Source of the DNA: the human T2T-CHM13v2.0 reference genome, Homo sapiens
Length of the DNA: 64,000 bases
Reading direction: 5' to 3' (one strand)
NCBI RefSeq assembly: GCF_009914755.1
Contig: NC_060935.1
In this document: in pieces, positions 43,095 to 60,975 of the stretch
How the letters are laid out: every line of letters starts with the position of its first letter
Position numbering within the stretch: position 1 is the stretch's first letter
Program-made: the position numbers and the translations under genes
The notes under the pieces: model-generated
What the model saw: the letters and a program-made list of their open reading frames with translations, nothing else
Told to the model about the DNA's origin: nothing
Database searches by the model: none

Positions 43095-46000
43095 AACCAA
43101 ATGTATAGAGCTTTGGGTGTAGGATATGAAATTGTACTTAGATTTAAGAAAAAGAGAAAATCAGATGTATTTATTTGACTTCATTCCGTATTTGAAAGCA
43201 CATTTTAATTTTTATTTGCCTTGTTTTGTTTTAATTGAGTAGTGAGAGTTTTAGACCTTTGTCTTTAGTACACCCAAGGATCAACTGCTCCTGAAGCAAA
43301 GAGGTCAGGATGGAGTATGCAGAAGTTGGGTAGAGAGGTTAAGAAGAGGAGGAAGTGAGACGGGGAAGGGAGGAGCACCTTGCTTCACTATACAGTATTC
43401 CAAGCTCTCTGCTGTCCAGTAGGCTGCTTCTCTGAGGGTCACCTCAAAGGTATGCTATGCCGTGTGGCTCTTATGTGCCCAGGTGGTGTGGTCAGAGAGT
43501 GGATGGGCTTCCTCCCGCCCTGAGGCAAGCACCTCTTCTCTGTAGCTGGGATCAACCACAATTAATAGGAATCCTCAACATACTAAATAGCAGGCACTTG
43601 AAAATGGGTGTGTTTTCTTCCATTGTCGTCTTTTCTATTGAGGGTTGGGATTTGGGTGGGAGAGGAAAGCAAATTTTATTTTCTTGACTATAAATTTGTT
43701 ATTCTTGGTATCATTTCATTTTTATAATTATACATTAGACATTGGCACTTGTGTAAAACTGTCCCTGCAGATTGAGCAGGAAGTAAAAACAAATGGAAAT
43801 GCTTCGGATAGTGGCAGGGGTGGGGGTTGCTAAGGAAAGGGTGGGATGGGAGTGGGTAAAGAGTTTGGGAAGGTTATCTAACTGAATCACTACTGAGTTG
43901 AATCATGGCTATCATTAGCCACAGGTACTGCTGATTATAAGGCCAGTAAAATTTTAGTACCTGGAGGTTTGACTCTAATTTTTGCACTGATGGTGCCAAA
44001 GGGCCCTGAGTCAAAAGGATAGCCAAGGGTGGAGTGGAAAAAGATATGGTGAAGGCAGAACTGCTCACACCAGCTCCAGAAGCACGTCCTCTGACTTCAC
44101 TGCCGCAGCTCTTTCCACACGGGGCCGTGATTGACCCTAAAAATTGCAGACCAGCACATACACTGGACACTGCAGGCAAGGTGTTGGTAACTGCCTGCTC
44201 TAGGATGAATAGTAGCGTTAGCAGCACCCTACAGAGGGTAAGTTTCAGAATTGTAATTTGAGAACTCCTTCAATTATATTGACTTTCTTTGGTTTTCCTT
44301 GTGCATTAGGTATATATTTTTTGAAGTATTTTTGCCAACTAAAATGAAGTCTGTAAATTCTGTTAATAAACAAGGAGTTCATCCGTTGCTCACATCTTTC
44401 ATTGGTGCCCTCTGAACTCTGTGGGTTGCTAGGATGTAATTTTAATGCTTCCCTGCAGTCCAAAGATGATTTTTTCACCACAAATGGTAAGGGATGCCCA
44501 CCTACTTTTATAAACACCACTGCAACTTAACAAGTTTATTTATCTATGTCCAGATTTCTGTTTCTGTCCTAAATTGATCTGTGTTTTTAGGTGGATCAAC
44601 TTGGATCTTTAGACCTCATCTATAAATTGAAATTATATTTTTAGTCATAAGCCAAGTACAATCTAACTCAGAATGGGATTAAAAATTTTAGAAGCAGAAG
44701 CTAATATATAAATGAAGTTTGGGATTTGGAACTTTCTGTATCTCTTAGGAGGAACAAGTAAAAACCAAATGGTTACATTGTGCTGCTAGAAATAATGTCA
44801 TTCTCAATTAAAAGGGTTACACCTGTAGCCACTTGACACTAACACCATCGAGGGCAATTAATCAGGAGAAAAGTAAATATAAAAACTTTGCTCTTAACGT
44901 CACACACTACAGGGTAATTATGTAATTCTCTAGCACTCAATTAAGAAGCTTGTAGGTTAGCAAAATTTCAGTTTCTCTAGTTCAGCCAGTGTCTTGTCCT
45001 TAGTAATTATTTGCTTTCCCTGCAGTTCAATTTCTCCTTGGAACTCTAACAGGACTAACTGGAAAAATACTTTGACCATAGCTCTAGTACTTCCAAATAA
45101 ATTCATATCTAGATTTTCAAACAAAGCCCCAAGATGAAGTCTAATTCTGAAAATATCTCACAATTTTTGAATGTTCTTTTTATCTTACCGACCTAACTTC
45201 TCTTTTCCCTCCCAACTTGGCCTCCCACACGTTCCATTTCATTTTGGCCATTATAGTCACATCCGTTTGACTTTGGTTGTGACATCTTCCTTTCAGGATG
45301 ATGGAATTAGATGCAGTCTGTCTTTGAGTGAGACTGGTCACCATCAGAGGAGTTTTTTCTAAGTGACGTGACTAGAAGTTGAAATCTACTTCCCTGCTAA
45401 AGGGCACAGGGGTGGTGTACAAAGAAAGCTACCTTCCCAGAGCAAGCAGGCTGCATTTTAGCTATGGAAGTGACCTGCTGTGACACTGTGCTCTCTTCTG
45501 TGGGCTTAATGGTTCCTTTGCTATGAAGTGGCAAATTACATGTAGAGTGTCTCCTTCCTTTTCAGAGAACAGTTAATCAAGGCAAATCAGCAAGCCCCCA
45601 AAGTGCTGTAATTTAACATCATGATTACCACCTTCGAAGCTATATATTTTGCATACTTTAAAATCACCTAACTTGGACTGCTTGAATTACATTGGCTTTT
45701 AGAACCGAAATTGTAACTATGTATTGTATTTCATGGGAGGTATATTTTATGAGCTTTTTGGCTTTCTTTTTTCCCACAGCAACTGCCAATGAAGGATGAA
45801 TCCCCTTTTTAAAAAGTTGTTGTTGTTGTTGTTTATTTGATTTTGAGTTAGGAGGGATAATAGAGAAGTCCATTTAAAAATTATTTTTAGAAGCTAAAGA
45901 AAGTAATTATGCTTCCTGTGAATTGTCTTTTACTGGCATCTTTGTTTTCCTCTTTGATGTTAGTAAATTTGGTGTAATACGTGGGGCTTCCATATTTCAA

Positions 46001-46997
46001 AGTGGAAGCTTTCTTCTCTGAAGTCGATATATGGTTTTGAATTACTAGAGCTTTGGTCAGTATTTCCTTCCCTATATGTCACAGAGGGCACCACTGAGAA
46101 CTGCGTGCATAGGACCTCAAAATACAAAATTAGCAGGGCCTCACAGTCAGCTTCCTCATGGCTAGTTTTTCCCCCTTATATTACAATTTTTGTTTTATAA
46201 GTCATTTTTTTCCTGATATTTCCACCACTTTTCAGAGTCATCTACAAAATTTTTCTTTCCTCAAGAAAAGAGTTCCTTTTGCCTTATTCCTTATGCCTTC
46301 CCCACTGGTATTGAGGGTTTTGATAATAAATTGGTAGGAAAAAAAAGTACCTCCTAGAAGGAAGCCTTCCCCACCATTTCCAGGTGCCAACTGCTAAGCA
46401 GATATATTCCAAAAATGGTAACTGTCATGTGCACACTGTTGGTTATTTTTAATAAGCCTCTTCCTACTAGAACATTTTATTTTCCTTGTTCACCATACAA
46501 TCATGTACTCTTTAACAGAAATTGCTTTTAAAAAATATCTGGAACTATCTTTAAAAAAACTTTATTAATAATCATGTATTTTTACTGATCACATTTTGAA
46601 ATGCCTAAAAGACTTTATTGTTCTAATTATCCAGATGTACCTTTGTAAAATAGCTCTTTTATGAATTAGCTGATAAGGCTGTATGTTTCTGGAACAAAAT
46701 ATTGGTCATCTAAAAACTTTCTGTTTTCTGGGGTCTGGGAAAATAGAAAATAAGATTTCAAATATTAAATAAGCTTAAAGGAACCAAGCATGTGACTTTT
46801 TATTTGTATTCTGGTTGATTTGTCTTGTCCAAGTTATATTAGAAAAGTTGAGGAGTCGAGGAGCCTGTAATTAATTTTCCTGTCAGTGACTGTCAGACAT
46901 CTTCCTGCTTATTAGAGCATCCCTAGCAACAAGGCTAAACCTTCATGACAGTGCTGGCAGGTGGGCTTGCCCTAGCATGTGGGGCAGGTTTGTTGTT

Positions 46998-47156
46998 TTT
47001 TTAATAGCTTTATTGAGATATTCACATATCATATAATTCATCCATTTAAAGTGTATAATCAGATGGGTTTTGGTATATTATTGATTTTTAATTGTGGTGA
47101 AATATATATATAACAAAATTTGCTATTGTAACTATTTTTAAGTATAAAGTTCAGTG
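46998..47156 (-). mobile_element. short L1M 3'-end fragments within the 3' UTR
   Basis: agctttattgagata...ccatttaaagtgtata; ttgtggtgaaatata...tttttaagtataaagttcagtg. Confidence 0.65.
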
Positions 47157-47665
47157 AGGTAGGCCAGCTTTTATGACGCACCTGAAGATAACTTTGGTTT
47201 TAATCCTACCCTAAATGAAGCATATGCCTCTATTTTTCCTGTCCCCAGTGCTGGGCTTCTTCACATACCAACATTTCTGTGCTTTTACCAACAGCATTTT
47301 AGCTCAGAAGGCTCGCTTACTTTGGGCATTTGCTGTATTTTGGTTTTGAAATACTTGTAATTTGACTTATTCTTGGGATAATATTTTAGTTTTCAGTCAT
47401 TCAAGGGCACATTTGGCTGACGGAGCTAATAAGCGTAATAAAATGCTTAGTAGTTTATACCATCTTTTAGTTAAACATTTTAAAGATTAAGACTATTCAA
47501 ATGTACTTTGCGGAAATTAACCTGTTTGTATGCCTGGCTTTGTTTACAAACATATATCTATATCTATATATATAGATACAGATACAGATACATATCTGGT
47601 GGAACAAAGAAATACCTGTACCATTCCCACTTGCTCTTTGATAGCCACCTCCTAGGAATGGAGAC

Positions 47666-47671
47666 AATAAA
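47666..47671 (+). terminator. probable distal polyadenylation signal AATAAA
   Basis: AATAAA with upstream UGUA and downstream U-rich tract. Confidence 0.7.
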
Positions 47672-48367
47672 ACTCTGTATTTGCATGTGAGCAGTTACTT
47701 CTATTTTTTACTGCCCTCTTTCAAGCTAAATGACTGGTTTACCAAAGGTTTATTACCAACTTCAAATATAAGAGGATCTATCCTGATTAAAAAGTTGCTT
47801 TTTAATTGAACTCGTTATCTCCTTGATGTTTTATGACAAATGTCATAAAGCATGAGAGATAAGTAGCTGGATGTAGGTGTTTCCCATTTTCTCTATAATG
47901 TCAAGGATAATTCTTGTTACTAATTGGAAACACTTCCTCAACTTTAGCTGTCAGGGAATATGTTTGTTTTGCCACTTATTTTTACTAGTGAGACATCATC
48001 ATTCCCTTAGCATCAGCAGAGGCCTTGGTTTGAGATCATTTAAGGTATGTAGAGCTCTCTTTCTAGATTTTCCCCCTCAATTGATTAGAGTGCTTTTGGA
48101 CCGACCTGTAATTTAAGGCATTTTATTTTAAGGGATCTTTTTCTTTGTACGTGTGATCAGAGGGTTGTGGCTGCCTGAACACATGCTAATCAAAAACACT
48201 AATTAGGATACATTTTGGTAATCTTTTAAAAACTTTCAGGGAGGCATCTGTACAAAGACTTTTTTTCTGCTATCATTATTTTAAATATTAAAGGCAAATA
48301 GCATGACATAATGCAACACTTTTCAATCTTTTTGATCTCACGACCACTTTTTAAAAAATGTATATCT

Positions 48368-48678
48368 TTTTTTGTGTGTTGTTCTTGTTGTTGTTGTTGT
48401 TTGAGACAGGGTCTTGCTCTGTCGCCCAGGCTGGAGTGCAGTGGCACTAACGTGGCTCATGCCGCCTCAACCTCCTAGACTCAAGTGACCCTCCCTCCTC
48501 AGCCTCCCAAGTATCTGGGATCAAAGGTGTGAACCACCAGGCCTGGCTAATTTTTTTTTATTTTTTGTAGAGATGACATTTCTCCATGTTGCCCAGGCTG
48601 GTTTCAAACTCCTGGGCTCAAGCAAGCCTCACCCTCCCAAAGTGGTGGGATTACAAGTATGAGCCACCACACCTGGCC
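48368..48678 (-). mobile_element. AluJ
   Basis: antisense Alu with (TTG)n tail. Confidence 0.92.
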
Positions 48679-48699
48679 AGGACCACTGGACACTCTTAA

Positions 48700-50884
<2,185 letters not shown>

Positions 50885-51055
50885 TGTAGTGAAAAGAACC
50901 TGAACTTAGATGATCTGGATTCGGTTTCAACTCTTCTACTTACTTGCTGTGTGGCCTTGAGTGAGCTACCTTCTCTGTTTCCATTTTCTTATCTATAAAT
51001 TGAAGTAAATAATATCCAACCTAACAGTTGTGAGGATTAAATGAGAAATTACTAG
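50885..51055 (+). mobile_element. MIR
   Basis: acttacttgctgtgtggccttgagtgagctacc...gttgtgaggattaaatgag core. Confidence 0.8.
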
Positions 51056-51127
51056 GCATGAGGCTGGTATCTCCCCAACATTTTTCGTTTTTTATTTTCC
51101 ATTTCAGGATTTTTTTGTTGTGTTTTT

Positions 51128-51414
51128 TATTTTTTGAGACGGAGTCTCACTCTGTCGCCCAGGCTGGAGTGCAGTGGCGCGATCTCGGCTCACTGCAAGC
51201 TCCGCCTCCCGATTCACGCCATTCTCCTGCCTCAGCCTCCAGAGTAGCTGGGACTACAGGCGCCCGCTACCAAGCCCGACTAATATTTTGTATTTTTAGT
51301 GGAGACGGGGTTTCACCACGTTAGCCAGGATGTTCTCGATCTCCTGACCTCGTGATCCGCCCGCCTTGGCTTCCCAAAGTGCTGAGATTATAGGCGTGAG
51401 CCACCGTGCCCGGC
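51128..51414 (-). mobile_element. AluY
   Basis: TSD ccatttcaggat. Confidence 0.95.
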
Positions 51415-51569
51415 CCCATTTCAGGATCTGAAGTACCTAAAACAGGAGAGGAGAAAAATAGTCAAGAATATGTAGGTATCCCACTTGCTAATACAGCCAT
51501 ATTTCCTGTAATATTATGGTTTTGGTGTGTCTAAACCCTAGACTCTTAGGGGTGAGTATATGTGTGTTC

Positions 51570-51862
51570 TTTTTATTTTTTAGAGACAGGGTTTCTCTCT
51601 GTCGCCCAGGCTGGTGTGCAGTGGTGCTGTCATAGCTCACCGCAGCCTTGCACTTCTGGGCTGAAATAATCCTGCCTCTGTCTCCCAAGTAGCTGGGAAT
51701 ACAGGCACGTGCCACCATGCCTGGCAAACTTTTAAACTTTTTTTCGAGACAGGGTCTCACTATGTCACCCAGGCTTGCCTGGAACTTCTGTCCTCAAACG
51801 ATTCTCCCATCTCAGCTTCCCAACATGCTGAAATTACAGGCGTGAGCCACTGCACCGAGCCC
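51570..51862 (-). mobile_element. AluJ
   Basis: diverged antisense Alu. Confidence 0.9.
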
Positions 51863-52764
51863 CATTTAAAAAAAAATAAGTTGCTGACCTCTGTAATAAT
51901 ACACTTTAACTTGATTGTTCTTTTAAGTGTAAAGAAAGAAAAAAATACCCTTTTGATTACATTTGCTTTAGTGAGAGCCTTGGTTTTAGAGAAACCTATG
52001 TATTGGACTTGTGATGTTTTGGGACTACTGTTGTAATGGGGTGAAGTGGAATGGTAGATGTTCCAGAAACTTTTCAGTGATTATGTACACCTGTAGTGGT
52101 TTTCATCTTGCTGCAAGCTCCCATATACAATGTGCTAATACTACTTGGGTTATCTTCCAGTTAAAGCTAGATCTTTGTAGTTTTGAAACATCTGTATTCA
52201 AATATATAAGCTGCTTACTTTCTTTTAAGTCTTAATGGAAATCTGAGTTATATTGTGGTTATTTAGTGAGAGTTTGTGTTTTGTCTTCCTAAAAATGCAT
52301 CAATCACCACGTCCCCTGCACTGAAAAGCATAAGTGATTTTCATATTCAAATCATAATAGCACTTTGAAACCTTTTCTGAAGAAACAGCCCCAGACATCA
52401 TGGCCTAAAGTCTAGCATATGACAGGATTTCTGGGATTCCTCTCTGCCTTCCCCTCCTATGCATAGGGAGAGGGCCCGTACATACCAGGGAAGCAAGACC
52501 AAACTAAACTGAGTTCCTTCTAGTCTCTGTGCTGATATCAGCTGGTTATCTAACCTACAACAAGTCATTTACTTATCGAGGCTCAGTGTTCTCATCTTAC
52601 ACTGAGGAAGTTGGATGTCAGTTCTCTCCAAGGCCCCTTCAACTCTGAATGTTAAATTGATAGCACAGGAAAACAGACAGAGCTTGCCCACTGGCTTGCT
52701 TAGGTATTCTCAGGTAAGCTCTATCCTTTCCTGACCTTCTGTGTTGCTCCCAATTAGAGTGTTC

Positions 52765-52990
52765 TTTTATTTGCTTATTTTATTTTTGTGACAGGGTCTT
52801 GCTCTGTCACTGAGGCTAGAGTTCAGTGACACAAACACGGCTCACTGCAGACTCGACCTCCTGGGCTCAAGCCATCTTCCCACCTCAACCTCCTCAGTAG
52901 CTGGGACTGCAGGCATACGCCACCAGGCCAATCTTCCCATCTCAGCCTCCTGAAGTGTTGGGATTACAGGTGTGAGCCACTGCACCCAAC
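52765..52990 (-). mobile_element. AluJ with internal deletion
   Basis: TSD tagagtgt; linker/left arm partly missing. Confidence 0.85.
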
Positions 52991-53691
52991 TAGAGTGTAA
53001 TTTTAATGTCACCCACTGAAATCTGTCCCTGGAAAATTCTTTTTCTCCTGTTCTTCTTTGAAGTATCTTTGACAGCTTACTTTAGTTTACTGTTACCTGC
53101 AGTCTGATAAAACAGTTTCATCTCTTCTTTCATCACGGTCTCACTGCCAGTTTACAACAACTTGGAGGCTTTTGTGGAAGAAAATCTGACTTTCCTGGTT
53201 CAGAGAAGACTTGCTGAGCATTGGCTGAGGAGAGACTGGAGGTCTTATCTCCACTTCAGCTCGTGTCCTGAGTGATGGCCGGTTCTGAAAGGCTTATGAA
53301 ATTTGGAGACTTTGTAGAAGTTGAGTCCCCAGAATATAAGCTAACCAGATTGTATAGCAAGCAAATGCTCCACCAGAGAAACTGTTCCAGCCAGCAAGAA
53401 TAAGTCCCAGATAACTTGGATGCTTTCATGCAATCAAATATTTACAAACCAACACTTCAAGTGACAGGAAAGGAGATTAGACAAAACTGTTTCTATGGCT
53501 TGCCACCTACTGAGAGTAAAAGACTCAAATCTTCTCTACTGTTTCTTTTTTTTTCTTTTGGAAATTGTCCTCTTTGGGATAAATCCTGGTTGAGTAGTCA
53601 GTGACATTTACCTGCAATACCTACAGAGCCTAATGTTTGCTTCTGGTGGGGGTATTGGCATTCTAATAGGAGTGTTTGAGGAAGGTTCTGT

Positions 53692-54028
53692 TTCCTTCCC
53701 TCCCTTCCTTTCCCCTCCCCTCCCCTCCCTTCTCCTCTCCTCTCCTGACTGAGTCTCACTCTGTTGCCCAGGCTAGAGTGCAGTGGTACAATCTTGGCTA
53801 ACTGCAACCTCTGCCTCCCAGGTTCAAGCAATTCTCCTGCCTAAGCCTCCTGAGTAGTTGGGACTACAGGCACATGCCACCATGCCCAGCTGATTTTTTA
53901 TATTTTTAGTAGAGACTGGGTTTCATCATGTTGGCCAGGCTGGTCTCGAACTCCTGACCTCAAGCTATCTGCCTGCCTGGGCCCTCCCAAAGTGTTGGGA
54001 TTACAGGCGTGAGCCATGGCGCCCAGCC
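53692..54028 (-). mobile_element. AluS with C/T-rich microsatellite tail
   Basis: (CCCTT/CCTCT)n then antisense Alu. Confidence 0.92.
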
Positions 54029-54802
54029 AGTTCTGCATCTTTAAACATGCGTTATGATTAACTTACATTCTCAACTCTTTTCTCCCTCTCTCTTCAAAGA
54101 TGTACTGATCTGACATGCAATTAAGGCTGGGCATACCAAGGCAGATTAAATGCAGGAATCTTTCTATCTTGGGCCAGAACAGCTTGGCGGCCGTGACTAT
54201 AGAGTTGGTTGATTAATTGGTTAACTTATTCCCAGCTTTGTTTCAGAAAGCTTTGCAGCAGAGCAGGGCGTTTGAAGATGGTTTAAGGAAAAAAAGGAAT
54301 CATAGGCCTTAGGGAAAAGAAGGTGGATGTTAGGCTCGTTTGCAGTATTTGTTACTTGATCCTATGATTTTTTTTCTTTCAAAATGTCTCTGATTTACCC
54401 CTTGCTCTGTTTCCACTGTAGCAGGTTATCTTGCGGCACAGCTCCATGTAACTAAAACACCTGCATAGATTGCTGCCTCCTCCGCTCTCCAGCCTGTCAT
54501 GCATGACTACCCGCCAGGTTTGCTCCAAAACATTCCTTTCATTGTGCCACTTGCCTGCCCAAGAACCTGCAGTGGCTATGGTTACTACTGTATCGATTAA
54601 ACTCCGCTTTGTTTCAGAGATGATCATAATTTGGCCAGCTTCATTTCCCTCTACTGTCCATCGTGAGCCCTCTTCCCCAGTAAGGCTTAGGCTCCTCCAA
54701 GTCTCCCCACCTCACATTCTAGGCCGGGACTCCACCTTTGCTTTTCCCTTAGTCTGAAATGTACTTTGGAAACTTCCAAGATGAGTATTAAAAGTAATAG
54801 CT

Positions 54803-55420
<618 letters not shown>

Positions 55421-56329
55421 TTAGCTACAACTTAATGAGTACAAACTATGTGTCAGGTGCTGTACACTACATACATGACTCCTGTCTTCACAAAAACCTC
55501 ATAAGGTAAGTGGTTTTTCTCCATTTTTACAGAGCAGGTAACTGAAGCTAGTAGTGATTATGATGTTCCCAGTGGCACAGCTAGGATTCAAGATAAGGTC
55601 TGTCTTCCACCAAAGCTTGTCTTTTTTACCCGGCTGCAGAAATAGTTTCTGTACTTAAAGGTGTTTACAGCCTAGTAGTGACAAGTACATGAATATTAAT
55701 TTTCTGCTTTTCTCCCTCCCTAAATTGCAGTTATCTACACTGGACTAAGGGGTAGAAATTCTGAGAAGTTTGCATTCCATTCAAGGTGTTTGATCTTGGG
55801 AATGACTTGAACACAACTAAACATTTAAAGAGATTAACTCAGCAGCTGAATTATGCTAAAGTAGAATAAAGCAGGCAAAGGAGAGTTGGGAGGCAGGAAG
55901 GCTAGCAGAGTGATAATATCTGAACAAGAGGCTTACATTTGGTAAAGTAGGAACAGAAAGGGGAAAAATGGTGTAGTTGAGGTAGAAATTACAGATGTTA
56001 GCATGTAAGTTAATATGTAGCATAAGGAGAGGGAGGAGTTTAAAAAACAAGACTTTCTGTGAACCAAAGAGATTGATTAACAACTGGGAAAGCATAGAGC
56101 AGAGATAGGCTTTGAGGGGAAAATCAGTGTAATTTTGGCCATGTTGAGTTTTAGGTAGCAGTGTTGTCTCAACTTACAGATGTCTAGCAAGATGTGGCAA
56201 ATACAGTTCCAGAGCTAAATCAAGTTGTCATTCGTGTTGTTTCAGTTGGATTAAGGACATAATCCACAATTGTGTGCATAAAATCTGTGTCATAAAATCT
56301 CAGAATTGAAAGTACTTTAGAGTCTGTCA

Positions 56330-56740
56330 ACTGATTGGGGAAACCAAATGTGGTATATTCATATAGGGGAATATTCTTTGCCCTTAAAAAAGGAATGAAG
56401 TACAGATAACATGCGACATAATGAATCTTGAAAACTTTATGCTAGGTGGAGAAGGCGGTCCCCAATTGTATGGCCACATATTGTATGATTCCTTTATATG
56501 AAATATGTAGAATAGGAAAACCAATAGAAAGTAGATTAGTGGTTGCCAGGGACTGGGGAGAGGGGAGGGTGTTCATGGATATTTGGTAATGAAAAGATTT
56601 GGAATTTTTTCAGGGGCGGTGGCAAAAATGTTCTGGAATTAGTGGCAATGGCTGTATGACCTTGCAAATATACTAAAAACCACGGAGTCGTACACTTTAA
56701 AATGGTGAATTTTATGGCATATGAATTATATATTTTTTAA
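56330..56740 (+). mobile_element. L1MB-like 3' end
   Basis: atattgtatgattcc...agtagattagtggttgccaggg...cactttaaaatggtgaattttatgg. Confidence 0.85.
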
Positions 56741-56914
56741 GTGGAAGAAAAAAAGTACCTCAGAGATCACCTACTGTGTCCTCATACTGAGTGACTCAGT
56801 GCCTTTGTCCCTTCTCTACTCACACTGGAGATGGGTGAACATCTTCTGTCTTAGGGAACTTATCTTTTTGCCCAATAACCCATTCTATTTTTTTGAGACT
56901 TCTAATTGGTGTAT

Positions 56915-57542
<628 letters not shown>

Positions 57543-58107
57543 TAGTCCAAAAAGTCTACCGCGTACAGGAACTTACGGCAAGGACAGTTGGGATAAGCTG
57601 TGAAAATGTATGGTTTTTTTTTTTCTTTAAAGAATCTCAGTGGGATCTACTGATGCGTTGACATTATGCCAACTTGCCAGCAATTTCGTTTTTCCCTTCA
57701 AGATGTCTGTGAACAGTGTGGCAAAAGAGATGAGGCGCCTTGGGGTCTTAACTGCACGATGGCCGGCAAGACACCAGGGAAGCTTCATGTTTTCCCTCCA
57801 CCTTCAGAGATGCAGTGATACTGAGAGTTGAGAGCAGTTTTATTTAGCATCAGGCAGCTGGGCTGACCTTTCCCAGCACCCCCATGCTCTTTGGTAACTA
57901 AAGGTAGAAAGAGAAAGACCATTTTTTAAGTATGTGAACATAAGGAGGAGTCCCTTCCTAAATTCTTGCTGTAACCTCCAACTTCTTATCCTTGTTTTGG
58001 CTAAGATTAGACAAGTATTATGAAGTGATATGACACCAAAAGGCTAGACAGGAGAGGATTTATATAGATTCAATCATCTAGAAGATTTGGCAATTTTTTA
58101 CAAGCCA

Positions 58108-58420
58108 TTTGTTTTTTGTTTCTTGGTTTTTTTTTTTTTGAGACAGAGTCTCGCTCTGTCGCCCAGGCTGGAGTGCAGTGGTGCGATTTCGGCTCCTGCA
58201 ACCTCCGCCTCCCAGTTTAAAGTGATTCTCTTGCCTCAGCCTTCCGAGCAGCTGAGACTACAGGCGCCTGCCACCACCCCCGGCTGATTTTTGTATTTTT
58301 AGTAGAGGCCAGATTTCACCATATTGGCCAGGCTGGTCTCCAACTCCTGACCTCAAATGATCCACCCACCTCGGCTTCCCAAAGTACTGGAATTACAGGC
58401 GTGGGCCACAGCGCCCGGCC
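58108..58420 (-). mobile_element. AluS
   Basis: full antisense Alu. Confidence 0.95.
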
Positions 58421-60096
58421 AAGCTACTTGTTTTATTAGGTGTCCAGTGCAGTCTTGATGTTAGCTGAAGATGTTTGGGTAATCTCTTGTATCGCTTCAT
58501 AAAACAGCATAATAAACCCAATAGTAGCAGCATTCAATAGCTTTGCACCAAGGAAATGTTCCCTCCCACCTCTCATTCCCTCTGCTTCCTACTCCCCAAT
58601 CCCTACCTCAAGCCACCTGCTGGGCAGCTGGAACCACAAATCACCAGCATTACTTCCAGAGGAATAAAACAGCCTACATCCCCCACCCCCCCACCCCCCT
58701 CCCCGCCTGCTTTGTTTTTAGCTGGTTTGTTTGTTTTCGGATGTCAGTAATGTGAAGTATTTCCCCTAATCAATGTTTTAACCTTCTTGTTGATATTTAT
58801 TCAGCTTGGTTGAATGTACTGTGTTAAAGCATCCATGAGCTCTATGCATGGGAGAGTAAATCTGAATTTCTCTCTTTTCTCTGGAGACATCATAATATTT
58901 CCTATTATCAGAGGATTGTTTTGCTAGGATATTAATGAGCAGTTTCTCTGCTGGAGTTGTCATTGCTTCCCTCTTCCTTCAGCTCCCAAACAATTTTGAA
59001 TTAACATGGAAACCAAGTTTAATTTCTTGACTCATCTCCTCTGGCTTTGAATTTCCTTTTCTGTTTCATGCTGTTGTCAATAATTTGGTGCTCCCATCTG
59101 TCCATTTCTGCTCACCATGTTATTGATAATGTGATTAACCCCCTACTCCATTGCTATTTATTTAGTGATAAATTATTTCTGATCATGTGTGCTATATTTT
59201 CTTTACTCAGATCTAAGGTATAATTAGGGAAGAGAGCTGAACAAAATAACCTTTTTTTCCCTTCTCTTACCATGGTGTTGGGTGAAACATGCTGTCCAGC
59301 AGGTCCCTGTCTTTTATAATGGAAGGAGAACGTGCTTTTATATGCAAATCCAGATGTGTGATGGTGGTTTGTTTACCTTACTTTGTGCTTAATGAGATTC
59401 TCCAGATATTGTTATGTTGAAGTACTGCTTCTATTTTTATTATCTAACATTTATTAAATGTCAACCATGTGCTCTGTTAAACAAAGAATAGCACAGTTCT
59501 GTCTGGACTCAGAGTCTAGATGCTTAGTTTCAGCCCTAGTGACTAAAACCTGTATAATGGACGGTGTATGTTATCCTGGGGAATGTTTTCCAAATATTGT
59601 ATTTTAAAATGATAAACAATTGGACCCTGCCCCTGGGAGAGACACATCTGAAACAAGGCACATGTATAAAACAAGGCGCAGAATAAGAGAGAGAAAGATA
59701 CAGTTGAACTTACTTTAAAAGTAAGATTGATTTTTTTTACCTTAATTTTTACTCTTGAAATTTCAAGTGATAGGTTGAATTTTCCAGCTGTTTTGATTTC
59801 ACCTATGTTTTCCATTCTACAAAGAATGTTTTGATCTTTTCATCTGGCCCAAGGCAAAGCTGGTGACTTGGCTCAGTTACAAGAAAAGAGCCCGGAACCT
59901 TACGGAGCAGGAATGTAGATTTTAGCTCATTTCAGTGGCACAGCTTGGTTTGGTGAATCACTTTGTACCTCGGATTCTTTATATCAGGATGGTGGTGGGG
60001 TTGTTAAAATATAACTAGTGGAAGGGGAATATTTTGATTTCAAATCAGAAAATACAACTTAAAGGCTCATAATTTACTACTAAATAGCTATTTTCA

Positions 60097-60400
<304 letters not shown>

Positions 60401-60572
60401 AATAAATACAAATTTTCTTATCTTTGAAACGAGGATAACACAACTCAGGGTTGAAATGAGAAATATGATGATGGCTGTGAAAGCACTTTGTAAACCATGA
60501 TGTGCTTTGCACATTTATCCTCAGAATGCTTACTACTCATTAGTTCAAATTTATATATAAGCTCTACGTCCA

Positions 60573-60975
<403 letters not shown>

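Larger units (their letters stand above)
42831..47690 (+). other. ARHGEF12: ARHGEF12 long 3' UTR (end approximate)
   Basis: Alu-free AU-rich stretch after stop, ending ~20 nt after AATAAA 47666; consistent with recalled ~9.5 kb mRNA. Confidence 0.75.
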
